DNA of 64,000 nucleotides from Marsupella aquatica (lineage: Eukaryota > Plantae > Marchantiophyta), in contig OZ316895.1 of assembly GCA_973895155.1 (NCBI GenBank), forward strand, positions 1,971,659 to 2,035,658, given 5' to 3'. Below, in pieces: positions 1 to 15,280 of this stretch; position 1 is the first letter of the stretch; each line of letters opens with the position of its first letter. The position numbers were made by a program, and so were the translations under genes. The notes under the pieces are model-generated. The model searched no databases. It worked only from the letters and a program-made list of their open reading frames with translations, and was not told where the DNA came from.

Positions 1-298
1 TGACAAGACGAAAGCAGCAACGCTTTGCGACCCTCCCAAGCCAGCTAGCCTGTGAATACATTCCTGAATGGGCCACTCGCAAGACTGGATTGATCACTAG
101 TAAGACAAAGTATATAGTTGAAGAAAGGGTGCCCTCCAAGACATTGACTTGAGCTCCATCCATCTCCACATTAGTCTCCTCATCATGCTAGTAGAGTCCA
201 AGACTTTCCATAGCGTCGACTGGAATCGCCCAAAATTTTCAGCTTAGGTGGGAATATCCCTCTCATTATTATGTCTAGAATTCTATACAAATATAAAA

Positions 299-4487
<4,189 letters not shown>

Positions 4488-4489
<2 letters not shown>

Positions 4490-4514
4490 CTCTCTCTCTC
4501 TCTCTCTCTCTCTC
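4488..4514. repeat. (GA)n/(CT)n microsatellite abutting the NFS2 start codon
   Basis: About 13 TC units directly upstream of the ATG on the minus strand. Confidence 0.9.
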
Positions 4515-4844
4515 GTTGCTCAGTGGGCGATGCTCCGCTCTGCTCCGCTCCACTCCAATCGCCTTGGCCGAAAAGCAAAGCTTCGTTGCTCGGCTGAGTC
4601 CCTTGATACGACTGTTGCAAAACCTCAGCCCCCAGCAACGCACATTCCGCAGTTGCCTTCGTGCACCTAAGATTTTCTCCAAGGTACTTGTTTTTTTCGC
4701 TGGTATGCAACGTGTCTAAGTAAGCGCATCCTGCTGGAAAGAAGGCCCCAAAATGCATTTACCGGGATACGCAGTTTGGACTATATACATGGTAACGCCG
4801 CCTTGACTCCAGGCCTTTTGGCTATATGTATGGAGTAAAGTAAA

Positions 4845-5420
4845 TTACTCTTTCGAAGGCATTATGATTATTTTTACTAATCTGTCCCCAAAACTCTTTC
4901 GAAGGCATTATTATTATCAGCTTTTTACTAATCTGTCCCCAAAACTCTTTCCAAGGCACCCAAAACTCTTTCCAAGGCACCCAAAACTCTTTTGAAGGCA
5001 TTATTATTATCAGCTTTTTACTAATTTGTCCCCAAAACTCTTTGGAAGGCATTATAATTATCAGCTTTTTACTAATCTGTCCCCAAAAATACCCAATATT
5101 AGTAACGTGGGATTAGTCCCCAAAAATATCCAATATTAGTAACGTGCCTCCAAACAAACGGAACTTATATTAACGAGTCCCTCATTTGGTATTTGAGTTA
5201 GTATTAGCTCATGTACAGGTTCCCATTATCATGTGGCAAGTCGCTATTGGGTAACTTGAACCCAATGCAACCCCCTTTGGCCCCCCTTCCTTGCACATGG
5301 CATTGGGAACCCACATACAAATTAATACTAACCCAAATATGAAATGGGGAACAAGTTGATAATTACTTTTGTTTTGGGGGGCACATTAGTAACATTGGGT
5401 ACTTTGGGGGACACGTTATT
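4845..5420. mobile_element. Stowaway-like MITE with a tandemly re-duplicated left end
   Basis: Left end TACTAATCTGTCCCCAAAAATACCCAATATTAGTAACGTG (~5070) is inverted against CACATTAGTAACATTGGGTACTTTGGGGGACAC (~5382-5414). About four ~50-bp copies of terminus plus flank lie at 4845-5090. A related element is at 51412-52050. Confidence 0.6.
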
Positions 5421-5625
5421 ATTCTCAAGTCAAGAATTGAAGTCAAGAACCTTAGTAGAACCTTGCGCCATTTAATAGAGTGGTAGTCACTCAAATTTGG
5501 CGAGCCATTTCAAGTAGAAAAAATTGAAAAGGGTAAAAAAGGAAGCAATAGCGAACAAAAAAACAAGTCGTCCCCTGGATGAAGGCCATGGGCAGCCCTG
5601 AGATTGACTGGTCTGTTGTCGTGTG

Positions 5626-5932
5626 TGTGGGGAGAAATCAGATCAGGAAACGTGCTCAATAGTTACGTGGTTCGCCTCAAGGTTGGCTACGTCCACGGGA
5701 AGACCAAGCTTTATTAATGGTTATGTGTCTACTCAAGCATCACCATAGCTCTCATCTCTTCAAGCTCTCATCTCTTGTTATATCCCTGTGTTCTCTCTTG
5801 AGAACTCTCTTGTGTGTTCTCACACCACATAGAAGTTGAAGAGATAAGGACCAATCTCTTCAACTAGGGTTTACTCTAACCCTAGTTAACATACTAACCA
5901 TAGTTCAACCCAAGACTGAGTTAACCTCTACA
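5626..5932 (-). repeat. 3' LTR of the Copia element
   Basis: Near-identical to 12479-12819 apart from a ~20-bp indel, copy number of a 16-bp CTCTTCAAGCTCTCAT unit and a few SNPs. Confidence 0.95.
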
Positions 5933-6129
5933 AACTCCCCCTTGACTCACGTCTTGGGAGGGTTCATAACATTGTCTTTTCCTTACAAGTTCCTCCGCGG
6001 GAAGTTCAAGACAATAGGGTCAAAGGACCCTCCCCCTAATGCAAGGGTTAACTAGAACTAAGCCGTAGCCGATAAGCCATCGGATGGAGTACTCATATAG
6101 AGACATTTTCTTGGTTAACTCTATATTTA

Positions 6130-9100
6130 CAATATTTGTAAATAATTACAATGCCTTGAAAAAATATTGGAGTCTAATACTTTGGTAAAAGCATCTTGTG
6201 GATTAAGCTTTCCATCAATCTTGACAAGCTCAAACTCATCATCCAAAAATGTTTGTCAGATGAAATGATAGCGGACATCAATGTGCTTTACCCTGTCATC
6301 CATCACCTGATTCTTGGCAGTATAAATTGCACTTTGACTGTCACAATGAAGATAGACACAATCTTGTGATAAACCCATCTTCGTGACAAGCTTTTTCAAC
6401 CAAATGGTCTCTGATGCTGCTTTTGCTGCCGCTACATACTTTGCATCCATAGTAGACTTTGCAACACACTTTTGGAGAGTAGACTTCCAACTAATGCATC
6501 CACCAGCAAGTGTAAATACATATCCAGTTGTCGATCTCCTCTTATCCAGATCACCTGCATAGTCTGCATCCACATAACCTTGAAGCACTTTCATATTGGT
6601 TGAACTTGCATCAAACAATAAACCCTTCTTAGTGGAACCTCTGATGTAGCGCAAAATCCATTTCACTGCTTCCCAATGAACTTTTCCTGGATTTGCCATG
6701 TATCTGCTTACCTTGCTAATGGCATAAGCTATGTTTGGTCGGGTGCATACCATGAGATACATTAAACTACCCACAACACTTTCATAAGGAACTTTGGACA
6801 TCAAACTTTTTTCTGTCGCATCCGATGGACAAAATGCTGCAGAAATATTGAAATGCCTTGCCAAAGGAACACTCATAGCCTTAGCATCTGCCATGTTGAA
6901 TTTTGAGAGTACCTTCTCTGCATATCTTTTCTGCGTCAGCCAAAGTTTGGCTTTGTTAACATCCCTAACAATCTCCATGCCTAGGATCCTCTTGGCTGTG
7001 CCCAAATCCTTCATCTTAAACTCATAACTAAGTTGGGCCTTAAGCTTATCAACTTCGCCCCTATCCTGTGCTGCAATGAGCATGTCATCCACATAAAATA
7101 CAAGGATGACAAGCTTAAAACCTATGTTGTTCACACGCCTGATGTAAACACATGGATCGTACACGCTTTGCATAAATCCAAGCGATTTCAAAAATTCATC
7201 AAAACGCTTGTTCCACTGCCTTGGGCTCTACTTTAATCCATACAAGGATTTTAGCAACCTGCATACCAAATTTTCCTTGCCCTTTTGCACAAAACCCTTT
7301 GGTTGCCTCATGTAAATTACCTCATCCAATGATCCATATATATAAGAATGTCGTGACAACATCCATTTGATCTAAAATCAGATCAAATAAAACTACAAGA
7401 GCACATAGCAAACGTATTGTTGAATACTTTGCTATGGGTGAAAAAACCTCATTGTAGTCTATATCTTTCTGTTGAGTAAAACCCTTGGCTACCAACCGAG
7501 CCTTAAATATCTTCTCAGCATCCTCCGTGGGTCCATATTTTTTCCTATACACCCACTTGCTGTCAATAGCCTGCTTGTCACTAGGTAGACTTGTGAGTTC
7601 CCAAGTCTTGTTATCATGAAGTGATTTCATTTCCATGCGCATCGCCACCTGCCATTGTTGCTTCTCCATAGAAGCTAGGACCTCTTGAAATGAGGATTGA
7701 TCTCCATCTTCTGTCACCAATGCATCAATAGATTCTTCATCCAAATCCACATGATCAGAAGGAAGCCAAGTTCCATACCTTTCCCGGGCTTGACGTAACT
7801 TACAAGTTCCTCTTCGCACTGAAGACTCTGGCTGATCTGATTGTAGTGTGCTTTGCCTTACAGTAGTGTCAACATATTCTTCATTTGACACATCATCTCC
7901 TCTTAAATCCTCTAGAGGAGGAGATTGCACTTTGTTAGTAGTAGGGAATTGATCTATCTCCCCCTCCTTCAATGATTTGTCTTCATTGAAGGATACATCC
8001 CGACTAACAAGTAACTTGCAATCAACTAGATCCCACAATCGATATCCTTTAACGTCACGCTGATAACCAAGAAAAATGCATTTTTGGGCTTGAGGATCTA
8101 GCTTAGTCCTATTGTTGCTAGGAACATGTGCATGTGCTTCACAACCAAAAACCCTAAGCTTTGAATAATCAACAGGTCGATTGTGCCATAGCTCAAAGGG
8201 GGTTTTGTAAGTAATTGCTCGACTAGGAGAGAGATTTACTAGATAAGCAACTATGTTGACAGCTTCCGCCCAAAAGATTTGTGGCAATTTAGAATGGCTC
8301 AACATGCTCCTTGCTCGGTCCAACAATGTGCGGTTGAGTCGCTCAGCAACACCATTTTGCTCAGGAGTGTACACACTTGTGAGATGGTGAGTAATTCCCT
8401 TATTTGCACAATACGTGTTGAACTCGCCACAGGTGTATTCACCACCATTATCTAATCGTAGATATCTCACATTCTTTGCAGTCTGTGTCTCAACTTGAGC
8501 TACCCATTGTTTGAAGATGGAAAGCACTTCAAACTTATGGGCAATGAAATAAATCCAAACAAACCTTGAGTAATCATCGATAAACGATACATAGTATTGT
8601 TTGCCTGAATGTGAGGAAACCGGAGCAGGACCCCACACATCGGAATGAATATACTCAAGTACAATTTTAGAATGATGAATGGCAGTCGCAAATGGAGTTC
8701 TTGTTTTCTTGCCGACAATGCAATGATCACAAAAACTCAACTTGCATGCTTGCAATCCTGGTAGGAGATATCGCTTGTGTAGGATTTCCAAACTTTTTTC
8801 ACTCATGTGACCAAGCTGAGCATGCCATAAATTGATTTTCTCCTCCTGAGATGTGACCAAATTGACTTCGGCAAGAAGGGTTGTGCCTTCCAAGACATAA
8901 ATGTTTATTTTCCTCTTGCCAATAAGAACTTCATTTAATCCGTGCGTGACTGTTAACACCCCATCAGTTGCACTCCATTGATAACCCTTCGCATCCAAGT
9001 AGCCAAGAGAAATCAAATTCTTACACATTTCTGGAATGTGTCTGACATTTGATAGAGTACAGTACTTGCCACCGGGTAGTTGAATCTTTACGGATCCAAT

Positions 9101-10153
9101 CCCTAAAACTTTGCAAGAATGATTATTTCCCATCAAAATAGATCCGTTGATAGGAGTGTAGGATGAGAAAAGTTCACGCATATAACACATGTGATACGAG
9201 AAAGCGGAATCCAAGATCCATTGACAATCCTCAACTTGGGAAGTGGTACACAATGCAAATCCTTCACTATCCTCTTATCGAACAACTACTTGGACTGAAG
9301 AACCAGCAACTTCCTTGAATGTGTCTTTGATGCGACAATCGTTCTTCATGTGGCCCACTTTGTCACACTTCCAACACTTTATCTCATGAGTAGACTTGGA
9401 TGGTGATTTGGATCAAGATCTAGATCTAGATCTAAACCTCCTCCTACCAAAAGATCGGTCGTGGAACCTTCCTCGCCCCTGGGAAGTGGGTTAAACCTTT
9501 TGTTTTCATGAGATGGCTCCCTTGTTTTGCCTCTTTCTACCAATAGTGTTGTTGATGATGAGGTTGAGGTAGGATGAGCTGAAGAAACCAGCTTCGACTG
9601 CATATCATCGATCAACAAGGCACTCACTACATCATTGTAGGATATAGTTGTCTTATCACGGAATAGAAGAACTCGAGACAAAAATTGGTACGAAGGTGGT
9701 AGTGAGCTCAAGAGTTGTAAGGCTTTCTTTTCTTCGCTCAAATGCTCCCCCAAATTCTCTAGGTCAACCACAAGATCATTGAACTGATCGATATGATCTT
9801 GAATCTTGACTCCATTAGCCATTTTGAATTGCATGAGCTTCAAGCTTGCATACATTCGGTTTGACATCTCCTTCTTGTAGTACTTGTTGCGCAATGCTTG
9901 AAACAAGTCCGTCACCGTTTATGTTGTTTTTTCCTCGAACTGCTTCTTCACATTGTTTTACAATACTTACCGCTTGATTTTGGAGATCATGCCAATCATC
10001 ATCTTCCATCTCCTTGGGTTGAGATCTTAGTACCTTGCCTAGGCCCATCGCCCTAAGTGCATCCCTCACGTTACGTTCCTACATTGTATAGTCAATCCGA
10101 CCATCAAATTTTTCCACCTCAAACCTTTGACCTCCAATCCTAGTAGTCGCCAT
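6130..10153 (-). pseudogene. Copia gag-pol polyprotein, disrupted by stops and frameshifts
   Basis: MATTRIGGQRFEVEKFDG gag start, CWKCDKVGH zinc knuckle (~9380), protease WILDS, integrase HSDVWGP and EQNGVAER, RT YVDDML, RNase H YVDADYAGD and KHIDVRYHFI. Split over several ORFs, with premature TGA at e.g. 7322 and 6256. Confidence 0.95.
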
Positions 10154-10969
10154 CGCTGGAATGCCAAATGTAGTTTGGAGTTGCCTTCCGACAAGAAATA
10201 AACGTCGAATGCTCAGATGTGGGGTGTGAAAATAAGGCCAAAAATAAAAGTTGGGGTGAATTTTGAAACTGATCACTCCTATGTGTAGCCCACAAGGTAA
10301 CGTTCCAAATTCTGAAAACGGTTTGTCAAATGGACTCTCGAGTGCCAAGAATTTTTACTCCAACCGGAGGGGGGTAAAAGATGAAATAATTACCCCTCGA
10401 GAGAATCTCTTATGCCAAAGATTCCACTAGTGTATTTTTTCAGAATCAAACGCACCAATACTTGCCTAGCTCCCCAAGTACGCCTCTCCAAAAGTTGAAG
10501 TTGATCCAATTTTATTTGCCGCTCAGAATCTTTGACCTTCAGTAAAAATTTAAGCCTCTGGAAAATAATATTTTCGAGAAATTTCGTCCGCCCTTGTACA
10601 GCCCCTGTGGAGGACTTCACAGGGGGCACTTCCCCCTGCCCGAGCCCTATCGAGCCCTAAAAGGCCTCCTCAAAGTTTTCGACCTCCTCGCGCGTTCACG
10701 GAAGTTGCGACTACTCGTGGTAGAAAGTACCCCTCGGCGGATTCACTCAAATTCCTGTCTCAATTTTTGACGAAATCCAATTCTGATTCAGAAACTAGAC
10801 TTCGAGGGCATCAAGATTGATATAAAGAACTCACAAAACGGTGTCGTGATTTTCTCTTAAGTTATAAAAAATTGTTTGTTTTAATATGCTATAGATTATA
10901 TAAGTAATTTAGTAGTTAGATTATTAAGTTTAGATTTTATTAAAACTCTTTAGCTATATTAACGGACTA

Positions 10970-11185
10970 TTGTAGTTCCACCAATGCATATGAGTAGTTC
11001 CACCAACTATAATAATATTCACCTACGCATAGTAATTCTACCAACGCACAGTAGGTCCACCAGCGCATAGTAGTTTTACCAACTACAGTAGTTTTACCAA
11101 CGCACAGTAGTTCTACCAACGCACAGTAGGTCCACCAACGCATGGTAGTTCCACCTACTAAAAGTAGTTTCACCAACTATGAACA
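10970..11185 (+). repeat. ~19-bp tandem array (TAGTTCCACCAACGCA[C/T]AG-like, ~11 units) upstream of the small-ORF cassette, copy 1
   Basis: Directly visible. A homologous shorter array lies at 14325-14445. Confidence 0.9.
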
Positions 11186-11310
11186 GTACTAGCACACTCT
11201 TAGGTATTAGATGTTTGACACTTGGCCTTCATCCAAGTGCTTGGGCTTGATCCATGCCCTCTTGGTGTGCACTATAAATAAAGTGGTGAGGGGCACTCTC
11301 CCCTCATTCT
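11178..11310 (+). promoter_or_regulatory. Putative core promoter of the cassette (TATAAATA at 11273)
   Basis: Block alignable by eye with 14441-14584 (TATACATA at 14547). Both are followed ~25 nt later by a pyrimidine-rich CTCATTCT initiator-like site. Confidence 0.6.
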
Positions 11311-11499
11311 GCAGTGTTTATCATTCAAGGTTGGGAAGCTCTTTTGTGCCTTGAACATAGTAGTGGGGCGTCCTTTGGCCCGGATAGCAAAGGAATGAGT
11401 GGTAGACTTATAGATGGGACCTTAGGGAATAAGGTTTCTTTGGGAATATAGGGGTGGGGCGTCCTTTGGCCCGGATAGCAAAGGAATAGGAGAGCCATC

Positions 11500-11715
11500 A
11501 TGAATCCAGGAGAGAGAGTTATCCCTGATCTTCCCCTTCGTAATCCGTTTTTGATTAGAGTCCATCTTTTAGACAAACCATCTATGAGGCAACATCTAAC
11601 CTATCATTTTGGAGCTCAGTTTGCAACTGCTATTATGATTTCTAACGAGCCAATAATATACCCAGTGGTGTCGTACCGAGAGGAGTGGGAGTGCATCATC
11701 TTTGTCCTTTATTGA
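11500..11715 (+). CDS. Cassette ORF-A, 71-aa unknown protein
   Basis: Intact ATG in GCCATCATG context through to TGA. Homologous to frameshifted 15281-15512 (PFLIR, YHFG, IMxSNxPxxYP, EWEC shared) and paralogous to ORF-B. Confidence 0.6.
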   Translation: MNPGERVIPDLPLRNPFLIRVHLLDKPSMRQHLTYHFGAQFATAIMISNEPIIYPVVSYREEWECIIFVLY

Positions 11716-11719
11716 AGTC

Positions 11720-11926
11720 ATGGATCTAAATAGGAGTCCGGATGATATTCCTGTTTCATTTTCTCTTGGAGATATTAGGATCATATGTCGTAAGAAAACT
11801 AATTTTCGTGATGTGTTGGTCCGCAAGTATGATGAAGTAGGGTTTAACAGTATTTTAGTTTCACCTGAACCTTTCTTAATACCCACTACCCTTGTTAATA
11901 GAATTATCATTTTGATTTTAGTGTAG
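11720..11926 (+). CDS. Cassette ORF-B, 68-aa unknown protein (MDLNRSPDD...)
   Basis: ATG lies 4 nt after the ORF-A stop. Ungapped homology to ~15555-15763 (DLNR, CRKK, RDVLVxKY, EP, IIIxI) with many synonymous differences. Confidence 0.6.
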   Translation: MDLNRSPDDIPVSFSLGDIRIICRKKTNFRDVLVRKYDEVGFNSILVSPEPFLIPTTLVNRIIILILV

Positions 11927-12478
11927 AACTTATGAGCATGCAAGGTTAACTTCAAAAGAGCCAACATGCTCTTGCCAAAAAACACGGTCACCCGGACAAC
12001 GGTGGAATAATGAGGGAGAAAGAATTTGATGAAAGTGACTGATATTAAGTTATCCGCCATAGCCAAAATTTTGAGCTCAAAAAATAAGAATTGAAATTAA
12101 GATTGCTTCTCAACCGTTTGACGGAATTCAACGATGTTGATATCGAAACGTCTAGAAAGACAAGGCGCTCAAGCGTATCTCAGTTTTAAGTCACGATAGA
12201 ACAATCAAAAAGACTGATCTGAGAAATTGACCTTATCTCTTGCCCGATAACGTAAATTGAAAACTGTCACTTACAATTGTTTCTGTTTCTGACCTCAGGC
12301 CTTCATTGCTTCACTGAAATGAGTCCCTGGTTGTGTGGTCCACACTTGTGAGAAGATTGAGTCCGATCTTCTTTCAATAGCTCCGCTTCGAAGAGGAAAT
12401 CATCCGTTGTTCGCTTTGCTTGAAGCAAGTTCTATGGAGTTCCTAATCGACTAAAAAAATCTGAGCTCTGATACCAAT

Positions 12479-12819
12479 TGTGGGGAGAAATCAGATCAAG
12501 AAAAACACTCTAAACTTACACGTGCTCAATAGTTACGTGGTTCGCCTCAAGGTTGGCTACGTCCACGGGAAGACCAAGCTTTATTAATGGTTATGTGTCT
12601 ACTCAAGCATCTCTTCAAGCTCTCATCTCTTCAAGCTCTCATCTCTTCAAGCTCTCATCTCTTGTTATATCCCTGTGTTTTCTCTTGAGAACTCTCTTGT
12701 GTGTTCTCACACCACATAGAAGTTGAAGAGATAAGGACCAATCTCTTCAACTAGGGTTTACTCTAACCCTAGTTAACATACTAACCATAATTTAACCCAA
12801 GACTGAGTTAACCTCTACA
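12479..12819 (-). repeat. 5' LTR of the Copia element
   Basis: Adjacent to the PBS and matches 5626-5932. Confidence 0.95.
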
Positions 12820-14683
12820 ATGTGGCCGCTGCCAGCCCCAAGGTCTGCTGCCGTGCGTCCAGTCCTACCACGACTGGAGCAACCACCCTGCTACACAGCC
12901 AGTCTTGCCCCAGCTGCATGCCGCATCCTTGTAATCTGCCTCCCTTCCACCTCGCCCCGGTTTGGACTTGTTGGACAAATAGGGCCATTTGGGGCGACAA
13001 TTGACATATGTTGCCCCGGTTGATCCTGGCCAATTGACAGGTTGGGCGGGAGGGTGTGGAGCTTGATCGGGAGAAGGGTCGGGGGATTGGACAGGTCGGG
13101 TGTTGCTCGGGGGTCAGGCTGGCCAAAAGTCGGGCGGGGAGGTCCGGTTGGGGGGAGGGCCGGTTGGGAGTCGGGCAGGGAAGGCCGGTCGGGGGGACTG
13201 CTCCCTTCGAGAGCCTGTCTGGGATGAGGCGGGCGAGCGACGAGCCAGACCGGGAGAGAGCGAGCGGGACTGGGAAGGTACCAGGCTGGGAAAGGTTGGG
13301 ACCCGGCCGAGAGGGGTCAGGACAGTTTGGGACCGGGCCGGGAATGGTTTGGGAATTTTTGGTCCCAGCCAGGGAATATAAGAGAATATTGGACAAATAG
13401 ACCATTTTTGAGAGGACAAGTTGTCATTTGTCGTGTCGGACAAGTAGACATCTTGTCTGACAGTGAAAATCGGGCACCTCACCTTGACAACTCCCTCTCT
13501 CCCACCTTGCTCCATTTCCGTCCCTCCCTCCCTGACGACCTGCCCAAAAAAAACTCCCCAATAGCCCCCAAGTCGACTCAAAAAGGAGTTGAGGGAGGCA
13601 ACTTCCTCCCTGCACACCCTGTGACTCGCTGGCCCCCTCCGTGTATCCTTCCTCCCTTTGCGTCTTCTCTCCCTCCTCCCTCACTCCTTTCCCTCCCCCT
13701 CCATATTTCCCCCCCCCCCATCTTGACCCTCTCTCTCCCTACCCAGCACCTCCCTTCCCCCTCCACGCCTTGACTCCCTCTCTTCCCCCTCCACACCTTG
13801 ACTGTCCCCTTCTTGGTCCACCTCCATCGCCGCATGTCCACCTCTGCGCCTGGACCTGACACTGTTGCACTCCCCCCTTGCCCGCACGATCGGCCTATGA
13901 AGAACCCTAGGGAGGGACCATCCCTAGGTCTTGGGTTCAGGCTTGGGGGCCTCACTATATGGATGCCTCTCCATCCCATGCAACATTTTTAGGCCTCGGA
14001 TCCCTATAAAGTTAGAATATTCTTGGAATATTCCAAAATTTTGGTTAAAACAACCCTAATTATGCTCTTATAAGTCTCAAAATTGGATTTTAAAATACCC
14101 TATTATTTTTCTCCAAAAATTCTTAAGTCTTCCCTTTGAACCAATAAAATGACCCTATATTACGTCACACGTTGTCGTAGGGATTCCCTATAGAAGGTTA
14201 GAATCCATATTGTGTTATCAGAGTTTATGTGGAAAGACTTTTACTTAGAAATTATATAGTAGTAATATTATAGCATATAGGCTATATTATGTATGCACAG
14301 TATACATTCTATGGTGATGCACAATAGTTCTACCAACTACAGTATAGTAGTTTCACCAATTGGAGTATAATAGTTCCACCAAATATGGTTCCACCTACTA
14401 CAATGAATAGTCTATAGAGAGGCACAATTGTTCCACAAATTATGAACAATATTAACACATTTATAAGTACTTGATGCTTGCCACTTGGCTTCCACCCAAG
14501 AGCCAAGGCATTGTTTCATGTCCTCTTGGAAAGCACAAATGAGCACTATACATAAAGTGAAGAGGAACACACTCTCCTCATTCTCATTGTTTGATTAATC
14601 ATGTTGTCGGAATGCTGTAAGGAGCTATTCTCCTCTTGTGCACATGGCTTGTTTGTTATTTGTATCCATGCTTAGGATACTAA

Positions 14684-15202
14684 CCCCTGAAAATCACTTG
14701 TCGGATTCTTAGAACCACGTGCAAAAAAATGAAGGCTATTTAAAATCATGCCCAATTAATAATTATAAACACAAATTTGTAATAAAAGAGATTAATTAAC
14801 TCATTATCTCATATTATTTTTATTTTTATGTAAGGGTATTATTACATAGTGTATGCCACATATCACCAACGGATTGGTCCACATGTGACTTGCTTAGTGT
14901 AGGTCATGTATTAGTAGTTTAATTTGTTATAATGGTATTAGTTGTTAAACATGAACCATACATGTGCACTTGATCATGCCTTAGTATTGTATTCGCAATA
15001 CTTTATAAAGACACAAGGGGTTTTACAAGAAGTTTCTAAATTATTTATAAATGACTCAAGGGTGTTTTTAATATATTGAAAATTATTTATTATATTTTTC
15101 AAAGGTCTCTTAAATTTTTCATAAGAAAATTAATAAGGTGTATGTAACATGTAAGTGTTCACATGGGTATTAGGAGTTTTAGCCTAAGTGATTTTCTAGG
15201 GG
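14684..15202. mobile_element. Nested MITE, TIR CCCCT(A)GAAAATCACTT, flanked by TACTAA direct repeat
   Basis: TACTAA at 14678-14683 and 15203-15208. 16/17-bp inverted termini and AT-rich interior. Confidence 0.75.
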
Positions 15203-15280
15203 TACTAACTTGATTGTTAGCCTTAGAATTATTCTATATTTTATGTTTACTAATGTTGAGACCAATTTAGAGTAATTATA

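Larger units (their letters stand above)
5626..12819 (-). mobile_element. Full-length, decayed Ty1/Copia LTR retrotransposon (Tnt1/Tork-like)
   Basis: LTRs 5626-5932 and 12479-12819 (TG...CA). TSD GTGTG/ATGTG (1 mismatch). tRNA-iMet PBS TGGTATCAGAGC at 12476-12465. PPT AGGGGGAGTT next to 5933. Domain order gag-PR-IN-RT-RH. Confidence 0.97.

Noticed and set aside
10970-11185. CRISPR-like regular repeats
   Set aside because: Units are contiguous with no unique spacers, there are no cas genes and the context is eukaryotic.
12815-13992. Many overlapping G/P/R-rich ORFs
   Set aside because: By-product of GC-rich low-complexity repeat on both strands, with no recognisable domain.
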